A stretch of 64,000 nt of DNA, taken from positions 5,264-69,263 of the forward strand of contig JAFVEA010000009.1 of NCBI GenBank assembly GCA_017478185.1. The letters run 5' to 3'. This DNA comes from Clostridia bacterium. Lineage in GTDB: Bacteria > Bacillota > Clostridia > Christensenellales > UBA1242. Position 1 is the stretch's first letter, and every line of letters begins with the position of its first letter. Positions 19,292 through 29,244 of this stretch are shown one piece after another. The notes below the pieces were generated by a model that worked only from the letters and a program-made list of their open reading frames with translations, was not told where the DNA came from and ran no database searches. A program made the position numbers and the translations under genes.

Positions 19292-19831
19292 ATGTTAAAA
19301 TTAAAAAAGATAACAGAAGATATGAGCGAAAAACTCTTTGATATGTTTCAAGAAATCCCTTATGATGAGCCAACGCAAGACAGAAATATCGCAAACGGCT
19401 TGGATAAAGAAACTTTCAGAAAATATTGTGCTATGCTAGAACTAGCAGACAAAAACATTTTGCTTTCTTACAAAGTTCCACAAACCACATATTACATTTT
19501 GTTTGATGACGACACCCCTATTGGTTGGTTTTTGTTAAAACAAGAAAAATTGCCTGAGGGCTATCTTCACGCTGGGCATATTGGCTATACAATTAGACCA
19601 TCAAAACGAAATATGGGATATGGAACAAAGGGGCTTAACATGATGCTTGATATAGCCAAAAACAAAGGTTATAAGTGCGTTTGTGTAACAACAGATGACA
19701 TAAACACCCCAAGCGTAAAAATGCTTTATAAATTGGGATTTAAAAAACTTAACAAAAACAATTCTCTTCAAATTTTAACAAAAAAAGTTTATGACAAAAT
19801 GTCACAATACAAAAAAGATTTAAAAAATTAA
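19292..19831 (+). CDS. GNAT-family N-acetyltransferase
   Basis: The acetyl-CoA motif region IRPSKRNMGYGTKGLNMMLDIAKNKGY (R/Q-x-x-G-x-G/A). Confidence 0.75.
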   Translation: MLKLKKITEDMSEKLFDMFQEIPYDEPTQDRNIANGLDKETFRKYCAMLELADKNILLSYKVPQTTYYILFDDDTPIGWFLLKQEKLPEGYLHAGHIGYTIRPSKRNMGYGTKGLNMMLDIAKNKGYKCVCVTTDDINTPSVKMLYKLGFKKLNKNNSLQILTKKVYDKMSQYKKDLKN

Positions 19832-19834
19832 ACC

Positions 19835-19863
19835 AAAAAAGAAGCAAAAACGCTTCTTTTTTA
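19835..19863. terminator. Bidirectional intrinsic terminator
   Basis: GAAGC/GCTTC stem with A and T runs, between convergent genes. Confidence 0.6.
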
Positions 19864-19881
19864 TGTTTTTAAACTTAAATT

Positions 19882-20253
19882 TTAGATTTTGTTGCAATCT
19901 TTGCAAACTCCATACAAAATATGGTCATCACTAAGAACAAATCCGCTCTCTTTTTTAATTTTGTTTTGCACTTTTTCATATGGGCAAAAGTCTAGTTTCA
20001 CCATTTTATGGCACCTTGTGCATTCAACATAATGTGAATGAGCATCTTTTGCAATATAATATAGCGCTATGCCGTCATTGTTTTCCATTTTGTCTAATAT
20101 TTGATTTTTTACAAAAGTTTTTAGTGTTCGATATAGCGTTGAAAGAGTTATATCTTGTTTTTGCAAATGCTCAAAAATGTCATTTGCCGATATGGGAAAA
20201 GACTGCTCTCTCATAAATTCATATATAATTTGCCTTGGTTTTGTTTGTTTCAT
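19882..20253 (-). CDS. Fur-family metalloregulator (short, 123 aa; Zur/PerR/Fur type not resolved)
   Basis: Winged-helix N-domain (LSTLYRTLKTF), the HSHYVEC motif, and two CxxC pairs (CTRCHK, CKDC). ATG 20253 is preferred over the track start. Confidence 0.85.
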   Translation of the reverse strand: MKQTKPRQIIYEFMREQSFPISANDIFEHLQKQDITLSTLYRTLKTFVKNQILDKMENNDGIALYYIAKDAHSHYVECTRCHKMVKLDFCPYEKVQNKIKKESGFVLSDDHILYGVCKDCNKI

Positions 20254-20349
20254 AAATTTACCTCGTTTGCTAATAATAATTATATCAAAATAAAAACAGA
20301 TGTCAACAAAAAAGAGTATCAAAAAAAATCGTCAAAAAACGATTTTTTA

Positions 20350-20378
20350 TTGACAAATGCTTTTTTATGCAATATAAT
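20350..20378 (+). promoter_or_regulatory. Consensus sigma-A promoter of the permease gene
   Basis: TTGACA (20350-20355), 17-nt spacer, TATAAT (20373-20378). Confidence 0.75.
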
Positions 20379-20389
20379 AGGCTTATTGA

Positions 20390-20410
20390 AAATGCGAATC
20401 ATTTGCATTT
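20390..20410. promoter_or_regulatory. Candidate Fur-family box (7-1-7 core TGCGAAT-C-ATTTGCA)
   Basis: 21-bp imperfect palindrome AAATGCGAATCATTTGCATTT between the -10 box and the SD. It has the same 7-1-7 / 10-1-10 architecture as Fur, PerR and Zur boxes. Confidence 0.55.
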
Positions 20411-20421
20411 AGGAGGAATTT

Positions 20422-21402
20422 ATGGAAGGAACTTGGTGGGAAGTTTTGTTAGATGCCACCCTAGACACACTTAAAATTTTGCCATTACTTTTTTTGGTTT
20501 ATTTACTACTTGAATTTTTGGAATTTAAACAAGCTTTTAAATTTCAAAACTCAAAACTATTAAAAGGAAAAGCAAGCCCTGTTATGGGAGCACTTTTTGG
20601 AAGCGTTCCACAATGTGGATTTTCTATTATTTCAACTGACCTTTTCACAAAACAAAAGTTGTCGATAGGGGCTTTGATTGCTGTTTATATTGCAACAAGT
20701 GATGAAGCTCTTCCTATTATGATTTCTGATTATCACAACATTCCTGCCCTTTTGGTTTTGATTGGTGTTAAAATTGTTTTTGCCGTTTTGGTTGGATATC
20801 TTTCAATGCTGCTTTATCACAAAGTGTTTTTCAAAAAAGATAAAAAGCTTTTAGCACAAACTTTAAAAACAACAAATATATCTCATAATGAAAACGAGGC
20901 AAAAGAGGGTCATCATAATCACAATCACGATGTAAACATAGATAATGCCACGCAAGAAATTGGATGTTGCCACCACGATATTCAAAACCCAAAATTTAAT
21001 TGGAAACACCCAATCATTCACACATTAAAAATTCTTTTATTTATTTTTATCATAAACATTATTATGGGCACAATCATATTTTTTGTGGGTGAAGAAAGTT
21101 TGATTGCCTTTTTGGAATCTGGAAAAGCGCTTCAACCTTTGCTTGCGGTTGTGATTGGATTGATTCCTAATTGCGCCTCTTCTGTTGTTTTAACTGAATT
21201 ATATCTTGCTGGAGGATTAAGTTTTGGAGCAATTGTTGCAGGACTTTCTGTGAATGCGGGCTTAGGACTTATCTTCTTGTTCAAACAAGAAAAAAACATC
21301 AAAAAAATAATATTTGTTTTAACAATGCTTATTGTTCCTAGTTTGATTTTGGGATATGCCCTAAACTGGATTCCAATTGATTTGTTGTCTGTGATAAAAT
21401 AA
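20422..21402 (+). CDS. Putative 10-TM heavy-metal permease (ArsP_2 / putative manganese transporter-like) with a His-rich loop
   Basis: N-terminus EVLLDATLDTLKILPLLFLVYLLLEFLE, then GSVPQCGFSIISTDLF and ATSDEALPIM, match my memory of the PF11449-type family. Central loop EGHHNHNHDVN...GCCHHD. Confidence 0.55.
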   Translation: MEGTWWEVLLDATLDTLKILPLLFLVYLLLEFLEFKQAFKFQNSKLLKGKASPVMGALFGSVPQCGFSIISTDLFTKQKLSIGALIAVYIATSDEALPIMISDYHNIPALLVLIGVKIVFAVLVGYLSMLLYHKVFFKKDKKLLAQTLKTTNISHNENEAKEGHHNHNHDVNIDNATQEIGCCHHDIQNPKFNWKHPIIHTLKILLFIFIINIIMGTIIFFVGEESLIAFLESGKALQPLLAVVIGLIPNCASSVVLTELYLAGGLSFGAIVAGLSVNAGLGLIFLFKQEKNIKKIIFVLTMLIVPSLILGYALNWIPIDLLSVIK

Positions 21403-21509
21403 TTTGAAAATTTTTTACATAACAATTATTGTGTTTTGCATAAATTTATAAAGCTTTTGTTTGCTATAAAAATTTTTCTTTGCTATAATGCCTAAAAAGG
21501 AAGATAAAA

Positions 21510-22478
21510 ATGAATGTTTTGTTAAAAATTTTTTTAAAGCTTTTTGTATCTTTAATTATTCTTGTTGCAATTGTTGTTGGCGGAATTTGGGGAGTTGGCT
21601 ATTTTAAGTATAACGTTAATGTTTTTACAATCACATCAGACCTATTAAAAATTTCTAACCTGCCAAAAGTGGAAGAAATTGCGCCTAATAGGCCGCAACA
21701 AAGTGATTATGAAAGCATTATGGAAAAAATAAACAATGCCTTAACAATTCAGCCACTTGGCGCAAAAGTTATCGAAAAAGATGATGAAAACAACTATACA
21801 ATAAACTTTGACAACGCCACAAAATATTTAACCAGCGATTTAAATTTAACCAGCAAAGAAACTTGCGCTTTGATGAATATTGTTTTATCGTCACAAGAGC
21901 CAGTTATTCAAAATGGAAATGAAAAAATAAACTTAAAGAGTTTGGATTTTCAGCTTTTGCAAATTTATTATGCTGACCTTGAAAACGTCACCATAGATGA
22001 AAAAAATTACACCAAAAATTCTTTTAACTTTGTTGCAAGCCTAAGCCTTAAAAGCATAAAAGAAAAGATGAACTCATTTCCACTCTCCACTTTTAAAAGC
22101 AAAGTTCCAGACACACTTTATGTGTCTTCAACCGTTGAAATAACAATGGAAAACGGAACAATAACTTACACCACCAAAAGCCAAGACATTTTGGTGAACA
22201 CATTAAAAAAAGAAAACTTAGCGCCAATTTTTAGCCTTTTAAACAATTTTATAAAGGTTGGAACAGTTGATGAATTTAACAAAAATTTATGTGATGTTTG
22301 CGTTAATATGATTTTAGGGAATGAAAGCTCACAAGGATTTGCCTATTCACTGGCAAATCAAAAAGTTAGCGGTTTAGAAATTGATTATTATGCATCTGAA
22401 GGATTTTTGTTTGAAGAAAAAACAATTGATAGCGAAAATCAAGTTGTTTTAACCTTAAAAAAGGGATGCATTAAATGA
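21510..22478 (+). CDS. Hypothetical membrane-anchored extracytoplasmic protein
   Basis: One N-terminal TM (LFVSLIILVAIVVGGIWGVGYF), a good SD, and no recognised domain. Confidence 0.6.
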   Translation: MNVLLKIFLKLFVSLIILVAIVVGGIWGVGYFKYNVNVFTITSDLLKISNLPKVEEIAPNRPQQSDYESIMEKINNALTIQPLGAKVIEKDDENNYTINFDNATKYLTSDLNLTSKETCALMNIVLSSQEPVIQNGNEKINLKSLDFQLLQIYYADLENVTIDEKNYTKNSFNFVASLSLKSIKEKMNSFPLSTFKSKVPDTLYVSSTVEITMENGTITYTTKSQDILVNTLKKENLAPIFSLLNNFIKVGTVDEFNKNLCDVCVNMILGNESSQGFAYSLANQKVSGLEIDYYASEGFLFEEKTIDSENQVVLTLKKGCIK

Positions 22479-22508
22479 AAAAAGCTTGAGAAATCTCAAG
22501 CTTTTTTG
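22478..22508. terminator. Bidirectional intrinsic terminator
   Basis: AGCTTGAG/CTCAAGCT stem with flanking A and T runs. Confidence 0.8.
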
Positions 22509-22511
22509 TTG

Positions 22512-25061
22512 TTAATTTTCATCTTGTGAAGATTTTTCTTCAACTTTTTTGGCTTCGGCATCCAAAACTTTTTGTTTTTTTAACTTTTTCTCTTTTTGTG
22601 GATTTGTGGAAAACAAAAAGTTAGATTTATAAGTTGTTTTTGCAATAAACTTGTCAAGAAGAAGCAGTGTTTGTGGAAGCACAAACAAAATTGAAAGTGA
22701 AGCGCAAAGTGCACCAACTCCAATTAAATATCCTATTGATTTTAAGAGTGGAATTGATGAGAATATGCCAATGCTAAATGCTGCCAGTGTTAAAATTGTT
22801 CCACTTGAAATTATTGTTGTAAACGACTTGTCTATGGCAGTTTTTATGGCTGTATATTTATCTTGAGTTTTTCTTGCCTCTTTGTATCTGTCGCACAAAA
22901 GTATTCCATAGTCAATTGTGGCTCCCATTTGAATTGCTGTTCCCAACAAATAACAAATAAAGAATATTGCGTTTCCAAAAATTGCGTTTCCAGCAAGGTT
23001 TATGAATATTGAACCCTCAATTATTGCAACTAGCAAAACTGGAAGTGAAATGCTTCTAAATGAAAGTATGCAAATCAAAAGAATTGCCAGTGCTGTTATG
23101 AGTTCCACTTTTAATCTATCAGTTTTAAACACATCTTCTGTTTCTAAAACATTTTGTGTGTTTGAAACAATGCTATAAGAAAGCCCCTCTTGCTGGTTTA
23201 AATATGATTTCAAATTTGTTATAAATTCTTTTGCCAAGTCACTTTCAACTTCTGCATCAATGTTAAAAATCATTCTGGTGTAACTATCTGAATTATAGAT
23301 ATCTTCACCTAATTGAACTTTGTCATATTTTGAGGCAACAAACTCACAAATTTGTGCATACGAAGCTTTTAATTGCCCATTTTTTGCGTTTATAGCTTGC
23401 TTTTGCGCTTTAACTTCATCAGCATCATCGTCATTTATTGTTTGAAGTTGAATTTGTGAGTCTATTATTTGATTTAAAGCATTTAAAGTTTGTGTTTTGT
23501 TTTCTCCGCTCCCCATAAATTCTATTGCTTCATAAACATAAGCTGAACCGCTTTCATTTACACTTTCTACAAGAGTTTGATTTAAATACGTGAATAATTC
23601 TGTTGAATCTTCATCAACCTCATAATTTTTTGTAAAGTTTTCTGAAACAAAGCTTGCATCAATTTTGTCGCCTAATTTTATGGTGAGCATTTTGCCAGTT
23701 ACTGGTGACTGAACTTCACCTGAACTTGTTAAAAAGCTTGAGCCCAAGTTTATCACATCACTATCTTGAGATTTTATGGCTTTTATGTCTTCAAAAAGTT
23801 TTAACTGGTCTTCTTCGGTTAACAAAACATTTTCGCCGTCTTTTGTTTTTAAAATCACAACCAAAGCGTTTTGTTCACCAAAAACATTTTTAACTTTTTG
23901 CTCGTTTTCATATAACTTTTCTCCTGGGTTGTTAAACTTTGAGGTAAATTCAAAGTTAAGCATTGTGTGTTGAACAACAAAAGCTCCCACAAACACGCAC
24001 AAAAATGCTATTGGAAAAACCCACTTGGTCTTTTTTGCAAAAGTTCCAATATGACTTAAGCCTTTTAAAAAGTTTTTGTGTTCTGTTTTTGTTAAAAGCT
24101 TGCTGAAAAGCAACAAAACTGCTGGCATTAAAAAGATAACAGCAAGAAGTGAAATAAACACTCCTTTTGTTAAAACAAGCCCCATATCTAATCCAATTTT
24201 ATAGTCCATAAACACAAGGGCAATAAGCCCTGCCATAACAGTTAAGCCACTAGACACAATTGTGATTAATGAACCCGTTATTGCATTTTTCATAGCTTCA
24301 TAAACATTGCTTGTTTTTTCTCGCTCTTCCCGAAATCTGCTTACAAGAACAATTGAATAATCCATTGAAAGCGCAATCAGCAAAACAGAAGAAACCGAGT
24401 TTGAAATAAACGAAATTGAGCCCAGAAAATAGTTTGTTCCCATATTTATTAAGATTGCTGAACCAATAACAATTAAAAAGATAAGTGGTTCAATCCACGA
24501 ACGGGTTGTAAATAACAAAACCAAAATAACAATCACAACGCACGCAAGAAGTATGATTGGAATTTCCCCTAAAATCGAAACTCTTGAAGAAACCGCTGTT
24601 TGAGCTGACCCCGTTAAATAATAATTTTGATTTTCGCCCAAAAGCCCGCTTTCACCGGTTAAAACATTTTCAATTTCTTTTAATGACTGCTCTGCTTCTT
24701 GAGTGTAATCTCCGTCAATCAAAAAAACACTCATAAGAGCATATCCAACATCTTCTTTTGTTTGATATTTTGTTATAACTGCTGTTGAAATGCTTTCAAT
24801 GTTTGAAACTTTTTCAGCAATGTTTGTTGCCTCATCCTGAGAAACACCCTCAAGCATAATGCTGGCAGTTCCTGTTGCTCCAAACTCTTCTTTCATCAAA
24901 CTTATTGATTCTTTTGTGCTTGAGTTGTCTGGCAAATATTCTGTTAAATCATAGTTAACATTCACAAAGCTCATCAAAACGCCACTTGCCACCAACAATG
25001 CAAAAAATATTCCCAAGAACCAATATCTTCCTTTAACAATAAAATTTGCAAATTTATTCAT
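22512..25061 (-). CDS. MMPL/RND-superfamily transporter (12 TM, two large loops)
   Basis: 849 aa. The N-terminus FIVKGRYWFLGIFFALLVASG...NYDLTEYLPDNSSTKESISLMKEEFG is typical of MMPL exporters, and there are two 6-TM bundles. Confidence 0.8.
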   Translation of the reverse strand: MNKFANFIVKGRYWFLGIFFALLVASGVLMSFVNVNYDLTEYLPDNSSTKESISLMKEEFGATGTASIMLEGVSQDEATNIAEKVSNIESISTAVITKYQTKEDVGYALMSVFLIDGDYTQEAEQSLKEIENVLTGESGLLGENQNYYLTGSAQTAVSSRVSILGEIPIILLACVVIVILVLLFTTRSWIEPLIFLIVIGSAILINMGTNYFLGSISFISNSVSSVLLIALSMDYSIVLVSRFREEREKTSNVYEAMKNAITGSLITIVSSGLTVMAGLIALVFMDYKIGLDMGLVLTKGVFISLLAVIFLMPAVLLLFSKLLTKTEHKNFLKGLSHIGTFAKKTKWVFPIAFLCVFVGAFVVQHTMLNFEFTSKFNNPGEKLYENEQKVKNVFGEQNALVVILKTKDGENVLLTEEDQLKLFEDIKAIKSQDSDVINLGSSFLTSSGEVQSPVTGKMLTIKLGDKIDASFVSENFTKNYEVDEDSTELFTYLNQTLVESVNESGSAYVYEAIEFMGSGENKTQTLNALNQIIDSQIQLQTINDDDADEVKAQKQAINAKNGQLKASYAQICEFVASKYDKVQLGEDIYNSDSYTRMIFNIDAEVESDLAKEFITNLKSYLNQQEGLSYSIVSNTQNVLETEDVFKTDRLKVELITALAILLICILSFRSISLPVLLVAIIEGSIFINLAGNAIFGNAIFFICYLLGTAIQMGATIDYGILLCDRYKEARKTQDKYTAIKTAIDKSFTTIISSGTILTLAAFSIGIFSSIPLLKSIGYLIGVGALCASLSILFVLPQTLLLLDKFIAKTTYKSNFLFSTNPQKEKKLKKQKVLDAEAKKVEEKSSQDEN

Positions 25062-25221
25062 TTTTTCTCCTTTACTTTTGTTTATAAAATATACATTGTC
25101 AATTTTGTTGACTTATGTTTAATTATATGATATATTTAATTTGAAATCAACTGTTTTTATTATACAGAATTTAAAAGTGATTTTAGTTTTTAACAAAATT
25201 TTAAAAGTGTTTATTTTTAAG

Positions 25222-25248
25222 TTGAAATTAAAATTCATTTAATTTGAA
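25222..25248. promoter_or_regulatory. Candidate TetR operator (imperfect palindrome)
   Basis: TTGAAATTAAA-ATTCA-TTTAATTTGAA (10/11 arm match), 48 nt upstream of the tetR ATG. A second short inverted repeat, GTCAA-N5-TTGAC, lies at 25098-25112. Confidence 0.3.
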
Positions 25249-25295
25249 GTAAAATAAAAATTAGTTTTAATTTAAACATATAAGGAGATTTTTTT

Positions 25296-25862
25296 ATGAA
25301 AGAAAGCAAACAAGCAAAAAGAACAAGAAGAGATATATCTGAGGCTATGTTAAAACTTATGCTAGAAAAAGATTTTGACAGCATTTCTGTGACAGATATC
25401 TGCGAAAGTGCAATGATAACAAGAGCAACTTTTTATAAATATTTTGAAGATAAATATCATCTTTTTAGTTGCATTTTAGAAGACCTTAAAGAACAAATAT
25501 TTGAAAACGAATTAAAAAAGGTAACTTCCAAAAGTCAAAAAGAAATTTATTTAAAACTTGCTGAACTTTGTGTGGATTTTGTTAACAAAAATCAAAAAAA
25601 CTTTGTTTTGTTTTTAAAGCATTGTTATAACGATAGGCTTATTATGATGATTTTAAAATCAATAAATGATTATATTGAAACATTCACCAAAAAAGAAGAA
25701 CAAAACTTTAAGCTGAAAGTTCCAGCTGAAGTTTCTTCAAAATTCATAACTGGCGGATTTGCCTACTTTTTGGTTTATGCCCTTGAAAACAACAAAAACT
25801 ACACAAAACAAGAGCTTCTAGCTTGGACTGAAGAAGTTTTAAATCAATTGCTTAAAAACTAA
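25296..25862 (+). CDS. TetR/AcrR-family transcriptional regulator
   Basis: HTH region FDSISVTDICESAMITRATFYKYFEDKYHLF. Divergent from the MMPL gene. Confidence 0.9.
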   Translation: MKESKQAKRTRRDISEAMLKLMLEKDFDSISVTDICESAMITRATFYKYFEDKYHLFSCILEDLKEQIFENELKKVTSKSQKEIYLKLAELCVDFVNKNQKNFVLFLKHCYNDRLIMMILKSINDYIETFTKKEEQNFKLKVPAEVSSKFITGGFAYFLVYALENNKNYTKQELLAWTEEVLNQLLKN

Positions 25863-25875
25863 ATAATTATAAAAC

Positions 25876-25910
25876 AAAAAAAGAGCCTAAAATTTTTTAG
25901 GTTCTTTTTT
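25876..25910. terminator. Bidirectional intrinsic terminator
   Basis: AGAGCCTAAAA/TTTTAGGTTCT stem with A and T runs, between convergent tetR and galE. Confidence 0.7.
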
Positions 25911-25927
25911 ACTTTATAAACAAAACT

Positions 25928-26950
25928 TTATTTTTTGTCTTTCATTCTTTTTAGTTCTTGCGTTTGAAAGTTATAGCCATCACGGCAAGCATCCAAAATT
26001 GTATAGTCACAAACAAAGCCAAGTTCTTTTTTGGCTTTTTCAGTTCCCGCAAAGTTTTCATCAATATCTCCCGCCCTTCGTGGCGCAAACTCATAAGGAA
26101 TTTTTATGTTGTTTGCCTTTTCATATGCTTTCACAAGCTCCAAAACTGAAGTGCCTTTGCCAGTTCCAAGGTTGCAAACAAAAAGTCCGCAATCTTTCTC
26201 AAGCTTTTTAAGTGCCAAAACGTGCCCTTTTGCCAAATCCAAAACGTGGATATAATCTCTAACTCCAGTTCCGTCACAAGTTTTATAATCATTCCCAAAA
26301 ATATTAAGTTTTGGAAGTGCCCCAACGGCAACTTTGTTTATGTATGGAAACAAATTGTTAGGAAGCCCATTTGGGTCTTCTCCCAAAAGTCCAGACTGAT
26401 GCGCCCCAATTGGGTTAAAATACCTTAATATGGCGATATTCACTTTTTGCACTTTTGAAAAATCTGTTAAAATTTCTTCAATCATAATTTTTGTTTGCCC
26501 ATAAGGAGATGTTGCCTGTTTTATGGGTGAATTTTCAGTTAACGGAACGCTGTCTGGCTCCCCATAAACGGTGGCGGAAGAAGAAAACACAAAATTTTTG
26601 CATTTTGGATATTTTTGCATCATATCCAAAAGTGCAAAAGTGGATAACAAATTGTTTTCATAATACATAAGTGGTTTTTGGCAACTCTCACCAACCGCTT
26701 TAAATCCAGCAAAATGAATTATTGCCTCCGGCTTTTCAGAAACAAAAACACTTTCTAAGCTCTCTTTGTTTTGAACGTCAAAATTATAAAACCGTGGGCG
26801 TTTTTTTGCTATTTGTTCAATCCTATCCAAAACATCTATTTTTGAGTTAGACAAATTATCTATTATAACAACATCAAATCCCTCTTCCAAAAGCTTTACT
26901 GTTGTGTGTGAACCAATATATCCAAGTCCACCAGTTACCAAAACTTTCAT
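25928..26950 (-). CDS. galE: UDP-glucose 4-epimerase
   Basis: MKVLVTGGLGYIGSHT (Rossmann fold), SSSATVYG, and YGQTK (the YxxxK catalytic motif). Confidence 0.95.
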   Translation of the reverse strand: MKVLVTGGLGYIGSHTTVKLLEEGFDVVIIDNLSNSKIDVLDRIEQIAKKRPRFYNFDVQNKESLESVFVSEKPEAIIHFAGFKAVGESCQKPLMYYENNLLSTFALLDMMQKYPKCKNFVFSSSATVYGEPDSVPLTENSPIKQATSPYGQTKIMIEEILTDFSKVQKVNIAILRYFNPIGAHQSGLLGEDPNGLPNNLFPYINKVAVGALPKLNIFGNDYKTCDGTGVRDYIHVLDLAKGHVLALKKLEKDCGLFVCNLGTGKGTSVLELVKAYEKANNIKIPYEFAPRRAGDIDENFAGTEKAKKELGFVCDYTILDACRDGYNFQTQELKRMKDKK

Positions 26951-27035
26951 AACATTCCTCCAAGTTTAAGATATAAAAATAATAACACAAAAACGCCAAA
27001 TTATCAAACAAAATTCCCGATTTAAATTTTTTAAA

Positions 27036-27069
27036 CAAAAAAAAGTGCTTATTTAAAAGCACTTTTTTG
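27036..27069. terminator. Intrinsic terminator
   Basis: AAGTGCTT/AAGCACTT stem followed by TTTTTGTTTTT. Confidence 0.7.
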
Positions 27070-27072
27070 TTT

Positions 27073-29244
27073 TTATGGTTTTTTATGAGGCTGTCCGCCA
27101 AACTGTCCACCACCATTCATATCTCCAAAATTCATTCCGTTTCCACCACCATTTTGAGTGTTAACCCCTGAGGTTGAAACTTGTGAATTTGATGTGACAG
27201 ACCCTAAGCTGGTGCTTCCACTATAAAATGTGTAAGTTTGCCCGCTTGAAATGTTTTGTGAACTAACAGTTATGCAAACTCCACCACTTATGCTAACTGG
27301 AACTTGTGCAGAAATTATGGTGTTATTTCCGTTTTTAACCGCAATTGTTGTGTTTTCTGAAACTGAATTAGAACTGCTTAACATCAACACTCTTTGTGCT
27401 GATTTGGTTGATGGAACTTCTGGCATAGATTTTGTTGAAATAACAACAACCTCTCCGCCGTCAATTACAATTCCGTTGTCTGAATCAATTCCAGTGTCAC
27501 CATTTCCGTTTGACACAACAACAATTTCACCACCAGAAATTGTTAAATAACCATTTGAATCCAGCCCATCACCGTTTGCCGTAACTGTTAACTTTCCGCC
27601 ACAAATGGCAAGCACTTCACTTGTGGTTTGGCTGTTTCCGTCTGAAGCATTAATGCCATCATCATCAGACACAATGTTTATTTCAAGTTCATCACTTATG
27701 TTGTCACTTAAACCAATAACAATGTTTGAACCTTCTATTCCTTCATAACATTTTGTGATGCTTATATAAGTTTTGTATGTTTTTGCTGATGCACTCAAAC
27801 TTAAAGATGATTTAATGTTCGCAGTTACCTCTGTTGTTTGGGATGAATCATATCTTATAATCATATTTTCATCTGCCGTTAAACCGTCATCATAAGTTGA
27901 AATTTCAAAAACTCCACCATTTATTAAAACATCTCCACAGTTTGTGTGAATTGCATCATCAATTGTGTCTATCTTAAAAACTCCGCCGTCAATATAAATC
28001 ATATAATCGCCAGTTGTGATTTCCTGTTCATCGCCATTTGCATCATCATAATCAATTTCGCCAACTTTAATTCCTTTAACGCTTTGAGTTAAAGCATAAA
28101 GTGTGGTGTTGTTAACTTTTGAGCTAATCTCATCTTTTGCTATTCTTTTATATGTGCCATTACTTTTGACAAACTTAAAGTCTTCTAACACATAATCTTT
28201 TCCTGTTCCAATATTGCTATTTGTGTTTTCTGTGGCATAAGTTGTGAACATACTGTCAGATATTAAAGCAGATGCAATTTTATATGTTCCACCAACAATG
28301 CTAACATAAGAATCTGCTTGAATTCCATCACCCAAAATGTTTGTAGCTGTGAAATTAACATTATTAAAATAAACATAACCATACTCGTTTGTATAAGAAT
28401 AATCACTTGGAATGTTGTCATCATCAATTTCAGCATTTATTGCATCTTTTGTGGCACCACTTACGGTTATTGTGGCATCTTTTGCAATAAGCGTTTCACA
28501 AGCAATAGCATTTGTTTTTAAGGCCTCAGAACAATCTGCAACAATTGTTGCATCAACAATTGCCAAAGTGTTTTTAACTTTTATTGCTGAAGCTTTCTCT
28601 GCTTCATCTGAAGTTTGTGTTGTTATGTTTAAAGTGCCTGTTCCATTGATGCTTAAATTGCCTTTTGTTTGAATGGCATAAACTTTTGATGTTGAAGTTG
28701 TTAGGCTTATTGCGTTTGTGTTCACTAGAGTTAAATTAACATTTGAAGTGCCTTTTCCAACATCCACACAAGGAGCTGTAGCTGAATCTTGAGAAATTGT
28801 AACCTTATCTAAACAAATATTAACTGCATCAGTTATAGACTTGCCAACAACAATTTGCTTTAACTCTCCACCAGAAATGTAATAAGAACCTGCTTGTGTT
28901 ATTGTTAAAACACCCTCTTCTATCGTTGGAGCTGTAACAGTTGTGCTGTTTTGTTGTGTTATAGTATAAGTGCTATCACTATAAGCAACTAAATAATCAT
29001 ATTCACTACTGTTGGTTTTTGTATTTTTAAGTTTTTCTAAGATTTCATCATTTGAAGCATTTTTTCCCTGTATTGAAGTCATATTTTCATTTAATGAATC
29101 TATCTCGTTCAATATTCCTGTTAAATCATCGCTTTGCGTTGAATTATCATTATTGCTTGGACCGCAACCAACAAAAAACAATGGCAAAACAAACAATGCA
29201 AACAAAACAGAAAAAATGTTAAAAATGTTTTTTGATTTTATCAT
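27073..29244 (-). CDS. Lipoprotein, carbohydrate-binding beta-helix protein (Cthe_2159 / PF14262-like)
   Basis: Lipobox LFFVGC. VLTITQAGSYYISGGELKQIVVG...VNICLDKVTISQDSATAPCVDV and repeated GDGLDSNG / DDGINASDG motifs. Gly-rich C-terminal tail. Confidence 0.6.
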   Translation of the reverse strand: MIKSKNIFNIFSVLFALFVLPLFFVGCGPSNNDNSTQSDDLTGILNEIDSLNENMTSIQGKNASNDEILEKLKNTKTNSSEYDYLVAYSDSTYTITQQNSTTVTAPTIEEGVLTITQAGSYYISGGELKQIVVGKSITDAVNICLDKVTISQDSATAPCVDVGKGTSNVNLTLVNTNAISLTTSTSKVYAIQTKGNLSINGTGTLNITTQTSDEAEKASAIKVKNTLAIVDATIVADCSEALKTNAIACETLIAKDATITVSGATKDAINAEIDDDNIPSDYSYTNEYGYVYFNNVNFTATNILGDGIQADSYVSIVGGTYKIASALISDSMFTTYATENTNSNIGTGKDYVLEDFKFVKSNGTYKRIAKDEISSKVNNTTLYALTQSVKGIKVGEIDYDDANGDEQEITTGDYMIYIDGGVFKIDTIDDAIHTNCGDVLINGGVFEISTYDDGLTADENMIIRYDSSQTTEVTANIKSSLSLSASAKTYKTYISITKCYEGIEGSNIVIGLSDNISDELEINIVSDDDGINASDGNSQTTSEVLAICGGKLTVTANGDGLDSNGYLTISGGEIVVVSNGNGDTGIDSDNGIVIDGGEVVVISTKSMPEVPSTKSAQRVLMLSSSNSVSENTTIAVKNGNNTIISAQVPVSISGGVCITVSSQNISSGQTYTFYSGSTSLGSVTSNSQVSTSGVNTQNGGGNGMNFGDMNGGGQFGGQPHKKP

